39,098 nt of DNA from Macrostomum lignano (Eukaryota). Position 1 is the stretch's first letter. Every line of letters starts with the position of its first letter. This document shows, piece by piece, positions 22,998-34,976 of this stretch. Location: positions 1 to 39,098 of the forward strand of contig NIVC01004657.1 of the NCBI GenBank assembly GCA_002269645.1, in the 5' to 3' direction. Under the pieces are notes generated by a model. It saw nothing but the letters and a program-made list of their open reading frames with translations, was not told the origin of the DNA and made no database searches. The translations under genes and the position numbers were made by a program.

Positions 22998-25900
22998 ATG
23001 TTGAGCACTCTGGCTGACGCGGGCGAGCAATTCTTGCAGGCCGCCTACGATGGCGACGTGTCGGCAGTAGATAGCCTGATGAGCAGCGGGCGCTACCAGG
23101 TAGACGATGCCGACGTTAAGGACGGCGAGTCCGCTCTCCACCGGGCTTCGGAGCGTCAAGCCTTCGTCAAGCCGAGCGTCTGCCTTCTGGAGAGTCAAGC
23201 GGACGCGGACGCGCAGAACCGACTGGGCCTGACTCCACTGCACCTGGCCTGCAGGTACGGCCACGCAGAGACTGTCCGGCTGCTTCTGTCCGTTGGCGCC
23301 GCGGATCCAAATCTGCGCCACAAAGATGGCGCTTCGCCGCTGTACATCGCGGCCCAGTACGGCCACGTGGATGTGGCGGCCTGCCTCGCTGATGTCGGGG
23401 CCGATTGCGGGCCGCAGCTTCGGGACGGCCGCTCGCCGGTCCATGCCGCTGCGCAGATGGGGCACGCGGAGACGCTGGCAGCGCTGCTTGTTAACGGGTT
23501 CGCGGACGTCAATCTTCGAGACTTTCACGGCCAGGCGCCGATTCAGTATGCGGCCATGCAGGTGAGGAGAGGCTTGACCAAAAATAAATATTTGCAGGAG
23601 GGTCTTAGGCACGCTAGAGCTGCGCCTCGGGCAATATCTTCCCACAACCAGCGGTGTGGCAATTCGGAACATTCCTCTGACCCCTGAGCACTTACAAGAT
23701 ACTCAAACTGTGAATCGCACGACAAGCCATTGGTCAATTTCCGTGCACGAGCCCCAAATAAAGCTGCCGCGCACGGAATCGAACCAAGGGGTCGTGGCGC
23801 GAGAGTCAGGTGCGCTTACGGATGAACTAAGTAGTAGTAAGTGGTAGTATATACTGCTCTTCGAATTCAAAGTCTAAGTAGCTCTTGAATTTGACCGTCC
23901 CAAGACTTGACTACGAGCGTATTTTGACACTAAACGCGACTTTAGTCTTTAATTTTGCTTGTTTAAGAGATTTGATTACGAGTGGAACTCCTCCTTCGAA
24001 GGAGAAAGGGGAAAAACTCCCATTACCGGAATTCCATTCCTTGAAATTTCATGACTTGAATCCTATCTTCCAAATCATATCCAAATCCTGTGTAAAGCCT
24101 TTCAAATACCATACCCTGTTTTCCCTGTTTGCAAAAACTGACTGCCATCGTTCAAGCTCTTGACATTGGTTTTCGCTTCAGTGCTGACAACCGTCCCAGA
24201 TATCCACTTGCGCTTGTGGTCCTCGCCCTAGGCCACAATCATCGATATATCATCCTGGATCATGCATGGCCCCATTCATGTCCATAGATGGCTCCATGGA
24301 TATTTCATCCATGATCTGCATCCATGTATTTATATAATTTCGGCTCCTTGGCGCAGAATCCTACTAAAAGTAGCAATATGAGTATATGTATTTTGCTGTA
24401 ATGAAAAATTCCAGCTTGCTTGTACAATATTCGAAGCATCGTAATATAAGAAAAGTAAATTCGATTTGAGAAAGTGAGATAGAAAACGATTGATTACAAC
24501 TTGGAACAAGTCGTTCTAATAAAATCCTGACGATGCACCATAGCGTGCGAAACGCGTTGAAGTTGTTAGAAATTGCAATCCTATTCAAATGTTGATACTA
24601 AGCTTTCTACTTTTTAATATTTTAAACTGTTGCTGGTGGTCAGTTGCTTGTAGAAAAACCGATTCCAGCTAAACGAGTTGTTTTGAGTAAAAAAGAAGAA
24701 ATCAATGAGGTTGCTGCAGAGAGATTTTTTCTTTAGCCCAGGCCGATTTTTAAACTCGATGAGGACGCAAATTTTTCCAAATTTCACGCTCGCACATGGG
24801 CTCCAAACTTGCTAGCCTACTAACAGCAGGCTATGGGCATTTTTCTCATTGTTATGTAATTTTCCTAGAGTTCATACTAGTAGGATTTTTGCAGCTATAT
24901 GATTTTGCCATACTTGTAGTTATAATAACATGGCGCGGTTTTTGCTACTTTTGGGGTCATAAATCATTGCTTTTGAGCTGGTCTGATAGCCACCTGCGCC
25001 TCACTCAGTGTTGAGGCTGGCGCCAGATGGTCTGAGAGGATGCGGCGGTAGATTTTTTCTCATCATTTTGACAGGCCATCAGATTTATGAGGTCAAAGCC
25101 GATTGTTTGTGTTCACTCAAGCTAGCGTTTGACAGTTTTGACAGCTATGCGTTTTACCCCTAAAAGTACTTTGGGATTAGCGATTATCGATTTCTCTTCA
25201 CCATCTTCACTTTCTATTTAATGAGATCTTTCTAATGCATATTTTTTCATTAATTTTTGTAATTCCTACGCGAAAGGTCATAAATCATTCTGTAGCGATT
25301 TTGAGTGATTAATGAAAACATCTGGCGTATTTTTATGGCCCCGAGGGAACTGATAGGATCTTCTGGTCTCGCGAGTTTGGGTGGCAACAAGCTCAACCAA
25401 TCAGAAAATTCGACGTCAGTTATAACAAATCGGCTCAACCAATCAGCGTCGAGGTGTTTCATTCCAACAAATTGCGGTCCAGTTGGCGGCTACATAAACC
25501 GGTGTTTTTGGCCCGCTAGGACCTCAACCCTACTCGGACCCAGCACACAACTTCTGGTTTCCGGAGCTCGACCGTCGTCTCTTGATCCCCGGATCGCGAC
25601 TACCCCTGTTTCATCAAGGACGAATTCCCCCAGTCGACGGCATCGATAATCGAGGTTAAGATCAACACCTGTTAGCTATTTGCGAAGACTGTGACAGCAT
25701 CATCCCGGGCCTACAGCTGCGAAGCACTAAGCCGATTCGGTCACTGTTGATTACCTGGTCTCCGGCTGTTGAGTTTCTGATTGGTTGGGTGAGAGGCTAC
25801 CTAGACTTGCTTGATTGGGTGATTCCTTATCTTTCCCCTATTTCAGTATCTGGATTAGGCGCACACTTTTGCTCATTTTGTTCAGCAGTGCTGTTATTGA

Positions 25901-27475
25901 GGCAGAAATCACTGTTAGTAGTCTGATATTCCAATTCAATCTGAAGTGTGAAGTGATTCAGTGAGAAGGTTAAATCTGACAGTTATTTTTATCGGTTTTA
26001 TTTCTTTGTTCGCCAATGGCTCAGATGAGTAGCTAAGCTAGTAGGCGCCGGTCACAGTGGACCAATGGCAAGGCAGTTCTCAGTCGATCAATCTAACAAA
26101 TCAGTGAGAAAATTGCCAATAGTGCAGAATCGGCGCTAGAGATGTACTCTGTGCACTCTAGATTCCCCAGGCGGCTCGGGTGATGAATCATGCGGTCTCT
26201 CATGTTCGAGTTAGCCTATCATCAGCGCTACGAGAGGCTGGTTGGCGCGTTGAAGGCCAAAAGTACAATTCCTCGTACTCAGCAATGTAATAGTACATGT
26301 AGCTATCCCATAGTCTCGCCACTGCAAGAATCCCCTGCACAAGTACCCTCTGTACCTGCATGGCCAATGCGATCAAGTCCCAGCAGTGTGCCTTATCATC
26401 GGCTATGACTTCGAGATTGACAGCAAAAGACACTAGTCGGCAGGTAAGTGCAAAGCCCCTCCTAGTCGGAAGCCCGATTTCGAAAGTTTCGTTTTGGTGA
26501 GCCAGGACGCACGGGCTGGTGGCAGCGAGTTAGTTAATCTGCGTATTAGCTGATCTCTACCTTCAAAAGTCTCCCTGCTCGTCTCTCGCTGTCCCTCTCT
26601 TAGCTATAGGACCTAGACTGCTCGCCAAGTACAGATCAAGCTACGTACCATGGGGCTGACCATCTGACAGGAGTGGGGGGCCAGGACTCTAATTGATTTA
26701 TTTCTGAGGCCTGAGGCCCGAAGGTGAAAATCCGGCCTTGGTTTTTCCTGATGCATAAAATACAATGAATTTTAAATCGAACTAGTAAATTGAGTAGTTT
26801 GAAAGGATCAGTACTTGCAAGTAGGATAGCTAATTATCTATAAGAGCAGTATTTGAAATAGATGCTGATTTTTGTTGTTGTCTACTTTATCGTTTTTAGA
26901 TGAGCGGTTGTAAGTATTGCACTAGTGTGATAGCTGGTTTTAGATGTAGTGCATTGTGCGTCCATAGATTATAATAGATGTCAATCTAAGGGGGATTTGC
27001 TCGTTTTCTGTCCTAAAACTTCCATCTTGCCTGCTACTCGCAGGTAACAAAATTCCTGTTCTGTTGCTGCATATGACTATTCGAATAAAACAACCTTGCT
27101 TCATGTATTTTTGCAATGACTGGCATCTAAATAGGTTCAATAGTAGTACGTCAAAAGCCGATCTAATTAAAACTAATTTCCGTTCTTTTGTTGTTTATCC
27201 AGGGTAAACTGGATGTTTTGGAGGTTCTAATCGGATCTGGAGCAGATTTGACTATCGTCGATCAAGACGGCAACTCGCCGCTGCACGCCGCAGCCATGAT
27301 GGGCCACCGGCGCGCCGTCCAACGTCTCCTGCTCGAAGGCTGCGACCCAGAGCTGGGGAACACCGCCGGACTGCGACCAGTAGATGTTGCAAGCTGCTTT
27401 GGTCAACAGAGTTGCAGCCGATCTGCTGCTGTCCCTGAAGCAGAAACAATTTTTTACAATAACCGGAATGAATGA
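22998..27475 (+). CDS. Ankyrin-repeat protein, two coding exons (22998-23561, 27203-27475); a probable frameshift near 27407 would extend it to 27506
   Basis: Canonical repeats GLTPLHLACRYGH, GASPLYIAAQYGH, GRSPVHAAAQMGH, GNSPLHAAAMMGH. The phase-0 junction ATGCAG|gtgagg ... ttatccag|GGTAAA joins AMQ-GKLDVLEVL. The shifted frame RVAADLLLSLKQKQ completes the last repeat better. Confidence 0.85.
24135..24262 (-). mobile_element. Possible degenerate remnant of a Ty3/Gypsy integrase C-terminal (SH3-like) region
   Basis: Minus strand reads IQDDISMIVA*GEDHKRKWISGTVVSTEAKTNVKSLNDG, resembling PGD.V.V....KW.PG.V....Y.V...DG. Short and contains a stop. Confidence 0.3.
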
Positions 27476-28059
27476 GCCTCGAAGCCAGAATGCAGCTCAA
27501 ATGTGAGTCTTAAAAAGTTTTTCAGAAATATACAACACCCATAGTTAGGATTCACCCGCCCAAAACTCGCACCTTAGTTTCCGGGCTTACTTCTTCGGCG
27601 TGGGCTCATTAAATTTTAGTTCACGCACGCACGCACGCACTCACGAGCAAGTGAGTCAATTTGTCTGACAGGACGCTGCGGTCACGACTGAACCCAAGGA
27701 AAAGACAGACTGATTCTATAGACTTGATTTCAGATTGCACAGACCAGTGTAAACAGTGCAAACATTGTCAGAGCTGAGAATGTGGGACAAATGAAACGAA
27801 GTTGGAATTCCCAATCCAAAGAGTTCATTTTATAAACCCTCAGCGATAGGAAAACTGATTAAGAATAAAAACGGCTCACCCTTGAGGGGCAGAGGTTAAA
27901 ATGCACAGAGCCGCATGCGCGAAAGAGCAGGTGACAAAATTAGATGAAATATGATAGCAAACACAAGCACGAAGGTACAACCCAACTTGACGCGCAAAAC
28001 TCACGCAACTATGGCTGACAGGGATGTTATTGGCTGCAAATTGCTCATTTTGCCTTCAG

Positions 28060-30035
28060 AACTGAAACTGAGACATTAGTCACCGACCGAGAGCTCTACT
28101 CGGCTCTCATCACGTCCGGCTTCATTGCCTCTCGAGCCGCGGTGCAGAGCGGTCTGGCCGACGCGATGCAGACCATCATGAGGAAGCGGTGGCATCGGAG
28201 CATTTTCCTAGTTGGCAGCTACTCAGAGGGCTGGGGCAACAACCTCACCTGCTTGAACGGTCAGACTGGGCCAAAGTCGGACATTGACGTGACTGAAATA
28301 GTGCCCGACCGAGAGGTCTTCCATCTGCGCGGAGTCTGTCAGTGCGACCGCGTGACCGGACCAGCTTTCAGATTGGTTGACTACGTCAACGGGCACGCCG
28401 TCTATCATGGCGTTGGTAAAGCTTCCAGCTCTGCGCTAACAAGCGAAAGATAGGCTATTCACAACAAATTATAAGTTTGGCAAAGTTTATGTATACTTTT
28501 CAACTAATTATATTGTTACCTGTCATTGCAGCGTCAAGTCCTGCCCAGTCGCGCATCGGGTCGGAGGCGAGGCCCACTAGGGACTGGGTTTACGCCTACG
28601 CCTGCTGCCGCTATCCCGCAATACTGGTGCTGCAAAACGACCGACACACTTTTATTCGAGTCACTGTACTCAACCTACTACGGCAGGTTGTTAACTGTCC
28701 GGACACGCCTTGCCACCTGGTGGCAGCTGCGCCTCCGGACAGGTCCGGACAGCAACTGCGCATTAGCACAACCTTTCTCGAGAAGCAGCTGTTGCGTACC
28801 TTGACTACGGAGCAGGGACAGGTGTTCGTGCTGCTTAAATATCTAATAAAGGATGCTATTTCCGCGAGGGCGGTAGGCCTAAAAACGTACCACGCAAAAA
28901 CTCTGCTTTTCCAATTGCTGGATAAAGAACCAGAAGAGTTCTGGAAGCCCCGCAACCTGATTGGCCTAGTACAGAAGGGACTAAGGATCTTGCACGACTG
29001 CCTGATTGATGGCACTGATCCCAATCAGTGCATGTGGCACTTCTTTATACCTGGCGCAAAACTATACTTGCACAAGTGCCACGCTGGCAAGCAGACAATA
29101 GCACGGATAGTCCGCTGGTCGCTTTGCAACCTCTCCAAACTGTTGTCCAACTTTATTAAGAAGCTCCGACCCTGCGGACGATTCTCCTTCTTTCCATTTC
29201 TGATCATGCCTCACCTGGACACCGTACCGTTTCCGAAGGCTGGAAAGTTAAAATACATTCACATATTCGACGCAGTTCACAATCTAGTCATTCGACTAGC
29301 AAAAGAGAAGCCTTCAGAAAAACTTTTTAGTGAACTCGAGACAGAGACAGCAAGACTGCCAAACTGCGCTGCCACGGCCAGGCTCGTCCTGGCCGCTTTG
29401 GTTCGGCTGAAGTTCGGTCTGGTCGAGTCTGCGAGACAAACTCTGTGAGCGAGGCAGCTTTAAGACTGCAGCCAAGCAGATCGCTGCCGGCTTCACTTCC
29501 AGCAGGTGGGGAGTCGCCGGAGGCTTTTGTGTGGACACACCTGACTGATAGCAACTCCACCTGGCGATTCTGTTTCCGAATGGCCGACCGGCCTGACTTG
29601 GTCTTCCTGCCGATATGCATTCGGCGCCATTTTCCCTGTAGCATCGTGTACGACCAGTGGCACTACTGGAACTTTGACGCGCTGCTGACGTGCCTTCGGC
29701 TGGCACTGACGGATCCTGTGGACCAGCCGGAGCCAGGGCACTTCGCCGACGCGCTGCTCAAACGCGAAGACGTCGACGAGCAGGATCTGCTGGTTGCGCT
29801 GCAGTTCTGCACCGACAAGGAGCTCGTCGTGCGACTCATTCGGCGACACCGGCGACTCATCTGCCGACAGGACGAGACTAGGTGGATGGTGGAGGAGCGC
29901 ATGCTTGCGGATGTAAGACCCGCTGAAGTTTACATTTTAATCCAAAACCCGTTGAGTAGGATGAGATCGCTTCAATTTCTTTCAACGCCCATTTTCGCCT
30001 CGAAATTCACCAGTGAGACTTCTTCGCGAAACTGA
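28060..30035 (+). CDS. cGAS/Mab-21-like nucleotidyltransferase (cGLR) with C-terminal helical extension; start not resolved; one frameshift or micro-intron at ~29445
   Basis: Exon 28060-28415 has GSYSEG..SDID. Exon from 28532 has RPTRDWV..CCRYP, CHLV..LRIS..EKQLL, VLLKYL, LKTYHAKTLLF..W..L, HFFIP, which are Mab-21 fold hallmarks. Phase-1 GT-AG intron 28416-28531. Coding sequence continues in ORF 29445-30035. Confidence 0.85.
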
Positions 30036-30319
30036 TCTGCATCTTATATATTCTTTCGCCCAGACGCAATAAGCAATGGTGGAATGTTTACGTGCGCTCG
30101 TATTTCGGCCATTATTCGACTCAGTTGCACACTAAACAAGAGCATTGCACATGCATTTCTCATCACAGATGTCCTCATTCCACACTTATTTTAGGCGAAT
30201 GCAAGGATAATGTGGGGTGGATAGATAATAAAGGTGGGAAAGTGATGTATTTTATAATGTGTGCAGTATTACGAATTGACCTGCATTTTTAAATAGCAAT
30301 GCATTGGCTACGCAACAAA

Positions 30320-30584
30320 GGGCCTTTTCATATTACCAATTCCAGAACCAGAATCGGTTCGGAATTCCAAGAAAAACAGCAGTATAACTATTAAACTCTG
30401 TTAATATTTGACTGCCTTAACAACCTAGCTCGTAACTTAAGCACCATTTTTCACTTTCTTAGCGATTTTCATTCAATAATAAAAACTTTATAGCACGTAT
30501 CTCCCTCTAGTTATGGAGACAAAAAGTTATACTTCACAAATTGGTTCTGGTTCTGGAACCAGAGCAAGCAATATGAAAAGGCCC
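30320..30584. mobile_element. 265-bp MITE, PIF/Harbinger (Tourist)-like
   Basis: Perfect 15-bp TIR GGGCCTTTTCATATT / AATATGAAAAGGCCC, further imperfect inner IR (tccagaaccagaa), and 3-bp AAA on both flanks. Confidence 0.8.
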
Positions 30585-32212
30585 AAAGGAACAATGCTAG
30601 GTATCATGACGTCCTTATTAGACTTTTGTTAAAGTATCCGCAAATTAAACAGCGCGCCTTTTACTGGACAAATTTTCAGCCTCAACTGCTGCAGCTGAGT
30701 CTCGAGACAACCGGATTCAATTCCCATAGCGATTTTGACTTTCAAGCCTGGTTATAGTTTGCTGAGGTACATAGTAGCATGGATAGCTGGGTCACTGAGT
30801 GCATTCCAATCAGCTACGACCATGTATTACAGGGACTTGCGTAAATCTAGCCGCCTGTTATCCTCACGAAAAGAGGATGCAAACTTAAAGGGCATTTTGG
30901 AAGCAACAAGTCAAAGAACAGAACCAGTGCTGAAAAAATGGTTGTTCAGACCTTTGCACTTCTCTGACAGAGTACAGCAGGGCTCCTATTAACTTTTACC
31001 GCCTTTTGGCAGAGCGACTGCGATCACGCCATGGCGCTGTGTGTAGCGTGGTAGGATGTGAAGGCACGTGTGAAGATCAGATCGTGATGTTCCCGGCAAA
31101 TTTTATTCTTATTTACGAGCGTAACTTGAGAAAACTGCAATAACAATACGATCAAACACCCGCATTCAATGACAGGGATCTGGCATTATGGCCGATCATC
31201 GCATCGCGGACACATGACGCGCCAGTGCGAGGCATGGCAATGTTTCTTGGCTGCCGAATAGTACCAAACTGCAATAACTTTCTCCGGGATAAGAGAAAAT
31301 ACTGGTTGGTCCAGTAGTGGGATCCGACAGAGAAACCGGCTCAATTGGCCACCTCTTCCATCTGAGAGCCTTATGTTCACACGAAATCCCGGTTTGTCCC
31401 ATATGGGGAAGCCCCTTCGTGAAGCATGGTCAATTAAGGTTTTTACTTTATCTTTTAGATCTAAACAACATACTTGTGGCATTATAGTTCAGTTTTTTGA
31501 CTTATTGCTTCCAAAATGCGCTGAATTTCACATCCTCTTTCAACTGCTTGCGACAGGTTAAAGAGCGGTTTTTGCAAAGATATACTGACTACCCTACTTT
31601 TGCAACAGGTTTTGAAACATTCCAAGCAATTGGCTTGGCCACAAGAGGCGCTAAAAATTGATTACGTGAGGATAATATCAGTTTCCTTCTGAATAAGCCA
31701 CTGTACCTCTAGAGGTGAAAATTGGTTTAGTTCACTTGTCTTCTGGTACTAATGAAATCAGTAACTGTCACAAGAATTAGCCGATTTTTACATAAAAAGC
31801 CTTTCAACTCACTTGTTAACTTTTTGCGCAGCTTTAAATTAAAAAAATTCGCGCAGTTAAAATTTTCATGAGGATAACAGAATTTATGAACATTGTTCAA
31901 AATTATGAACGTATCTTTCAATGTTCTCAAAAGATAGCTTTAGGTCTAGCAGGCATTCACAGCATGTACAACTACTCGTATTTTTTACTGTTTGTTTTAA
32001 TCATTCGAAAATTAGAGAATCGCTAGTTTCCCCGGTCCAACATAACAGAACATCACACATGAGATGTAAGTAACAACCCACAACCAATTGAGTTAGCCGA
32101 CACCTGATGCTAACCCAGAGTTCAATTCCAATTTTAACAGTTAATCCTTAGTTGTAGTTACAATTTTCCAGAATGAGCGAATAGAAAACCAGTACGCTCG
32201 TACTCATTATTT

Positions 32213-33135
32213 TTCAAGGTGAATTGAAATATATTATCATCAATTTGATTACCTCAATTTCAAGGTGAATTGAAATATTCATCAATTTGATTGCCTCAAT
32301 TTCAAGGTGAATTGAAATATATTATCATCAATTGATTGCCTCAATTTCAATGTGAATTGAAATATATTATCATCAATTTGATTGCCTCAATTTCAAGGTG
32401 AATTGAAATATATATTATCATCAATTTGATTGCCTCAATTTCAAGGTGAATTGAAATATATTATCATCAATTTGATTGCCTCAATTTCAAGGTGAATTGA
32501 AATATATTATCATCAATTTGATTGCCTCAATTTCAAGGTGAATTGAAATATATTAAATCAATTTAATTGCCTCAATTTCAATGTGAATTGAAATATATTA
32601 TCATCAATTTGATTGCCTCAATTTCAAGGTGAATTGAAATATATTATCATCAATTTGATTGCCTCAATTTCAAGGTGAATTGAAATATATTAACATCAAT
32701 TTAATTGCCTCAATTTCAAGGTGAATTGAAATATATTATCATCAATTTGATTGCCTCAATTTCAATGTGAATTGAAATATTCATCAATTTGATTGCCTCA
32801 ATTTCAAGGTGAATTGAAATATATTATCATCAATTTGATTGCCTCAATTTCAATGTGAATTGAAATATATTAACATCAATTTGATTGCCTCAATTTCAAT
32901 GTGAATTGAAATATTCATCAATTTGATTGCCTCAATTTCAAGGTGAATTGAAATATATTATCATCAATTTGATTGCCTCATTTCAATGTGAATTGAAATA
33001 TATTAACATCAATTTGATTGCCTCAATTTCAAGGTGAATTAAAATATATTATCATCATTTGATTGCCTCAATTTCAAGGTGAATTAAAATATATTAACAT
33101 CAATTTAATTGCCTCAATTTCAAGGTGAATTGAAA
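32213..33135. repeat. ~46-bp AT-rich minisatellite with an internal inverted repeat (atttcaa-ggtgaa-ttgaaat); one further unit at 34218-34260
   Basis: About 20 units; the array resumes after the solo LTR. Confidence 0.95.
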
Positions 33136-33147
33136 CACGCCTTTTAT

Positions 33148-34217
33148 TGTTGTAAGCTGCGCCTAACGATGCCATTGCCCCGACCCCTGCGCTCTCCGCT
33201 CTCCTCTCCCTGCCGATGGTTCTTTTTGTTCTACCCCCACCTTAAGCTCCTAATCTTCATTTTAGTTTTCTCGTAGTTGCATTTCATTGGCTGTCACCCT
33301 TTTTGTTTGTCCCTCATTTGGCTAGTCCAATCAGGTCTCTAGCCGCAAAGGCACCTGATTGGCTAGTTTCCCCTTCAACTCTGTGAGTTTTGCCCCCCGG
33401 CCTTGCGAGGCTTAGCCCCAACCAGCCCCTGCTCTCACCCCCGTGTGCATTATTTATGTGCGCGCACGGCCCTCGCCCTCCTTGCTCTCTCTGCCACTCC
33501 CGCCTTCGCGTACTCAGTGGTGAAGGTCAGCAAAACGAGATAATTAGCGACAGTGCGGCCAGCCTGCATGAGCGCAGTCAGTGACCACCTCGGTAAGATG
33601 TGTTTCTCTTTGTTTATTTGCCTGTTCCCAGTCTTTTCTCGGGTCTGCGAATTGTCCGTATGGCTCCAAACCCGTGTCCACACCTCTGCTGCTGCTGAGT
33701 GGCTACCTGCTCGCAGCCTCCTCATTTGCACCTCCCTCTAGCCATAGGGCTGGGCGAGTGTCTGTACGCTCCCCCCGGCCGCTCCACTTCCGCCCGAAGT
33801 GTCTGTACGCCCCTCCACTTACGCCCGAAGTATCTGTACGCCCCTCCCAGCCCCTTCACTTCCACCCGAAGTGTCTGTACGCCCCTTCACTTCCACCCGA
33901 AGTGTCTGTACGCCCCTTCACTTCCACCCGAAGTATCTGTACGCCCCTTCACTTCCACCCGAAGTGTTCTGTACGCCCTTCACTTCCACCCGAAGTGTCT
34001 GTACGCTCCCCCCGGCCGCTCCACTTCCGCCCGAAGTGTCTGTACGCCCCTCCACTTCCGCCCGAAGTGTCTGTACGCCCCTCCCAGCCCCTCCACTTCC
34101 GCCCGAAGTGCCGAGGGTCGCCGCTCTCTCCCGCCTATCCTACCCGGCAAGCTCTGGGCAGCCCTAACCCTAATCACCCATCTGCGGTCCGCACGGACGG
34201 AAGCGGAAAATACAACA
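33148..34217 (-). mobile_element. Solo LTR (1070 bp), probably Ty3/Gypsy-type
   Basis: TGTTGTA...TACAACA inverted termini, 4-bp TSD TTAT (33144-33147 and 34218-34221), minus-strand AATAAA at 33613-33618, CCAAT boxes, and an internal ~31-bp tandem repeat (33770-34115). Orientation is inferred from the polyA signal. Confidence 0.8.
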
Positions 34218-34724
34218 TTATCATCAATTTTATTGCCTCAATTTTAAGGTGAATTCAATGTGAGTCTGACAGAATGTTAAAAAAGCAAATAGATTTCCTC
34301 ATAGCAAAATCGTACAGTTAGTGAGAAGTGCAGCTCTGCATCCATCCTGCTTCATTATCATATTTTACCGAAGCGGTGCTATATTATTAAAGTACAAAAA
34401 GTACACACGACTAAGGAATTACACAACGGGAAACACAAACTTGCTATAACTGAATCCAAACAGCAAGCGATTACGAGATAAATTATTCAAAACACGCAAT
34501 TTACGAGTTTTGACGAAGGAAATTCAATAAATGCAGCTGCGCGGCGGTCTTGGCAGGTAAACAGCGCAGTGACGGATTAATTTCTCTCGGAGCCATGGGT
34601 AACAAAATCAATCATACTAGAATGGTTCGCAAAATTCTTCAATGATGTCGGGTGATTTAGCTTGGCAAAATGACAACGAGAGAACTACCGGATCTTATAA
34701 TGTTACCCCTGAAACTACCAAACC

Positions 34725-34930
34725 CCAAATAATCTCACACCCTTAGACTAAAGAATCCCAAATAATCTCACCTCTAAGACTACAAAATTACAAATAATCT
34801 CACCCAAAAACTACAGAATCCAGAATAATCTCACCCTTAAACTACCGAATCCCAAATAATCTCACCCCGAAAACCGAATCCCAAAATAATCTCACCCCGA
34901 AAACTACCGAATCCAAAGTAATCTCACCCA
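34725..34930. repeat. ~35-bp degenerate tandem repeat (aataatctcaccc..aaactaccgaatcccaa)
   Basis: About 6 units just 3' of the WDR61 stop. Confidence 0.8.
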
Positions 34931-34976
34931 GAGTCAAGAGTAAAGCCCAAGTCCAGCTGCCAGTCCGAGCCCAGCT

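Noticed and set aside
26053-26060. CACAGTGG (Transib or RSS heptamer-like end)
   Set aside because: No partner inverted end, nonamer or TSD was found.
26560-26574. 15-nt inverted match to 19617-19631 (ccttcaaaagtctcc)
   Set aside because: About one such match is expected by chance in 39 kb, and the flanks do not extend it.
29446-29448. Selenocysteine or stop-codon readthrough at the cGLR TGA
   Set aside because: The downstream homologous-looking sequence is in a different frame, so readthrough would not join it.
30690-30730. tRNA/SINE B-box-like GGATTCAATTCCC
   Set aside because: No cloverleaf or A-box could be built.
30735-31561. Short ORFs (30735-30992, 31186-31482, 31373-31561) as genes
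   Set aside because: No recognisable motifs, host-like codon usage or splice support.
32213-33135. CRISPR-like array (palindromic repeats ending ATTGAAAT)
   Set aside because: Units are head-to-tail with no unique spacers, there are no cas genes, and the context is eukaryotic.
34162-34173. Telomeric CCCTAACCCTAA
   Set aside because: Only two units, inside the solo LTR; not a telomere or a telomere-healing signature.
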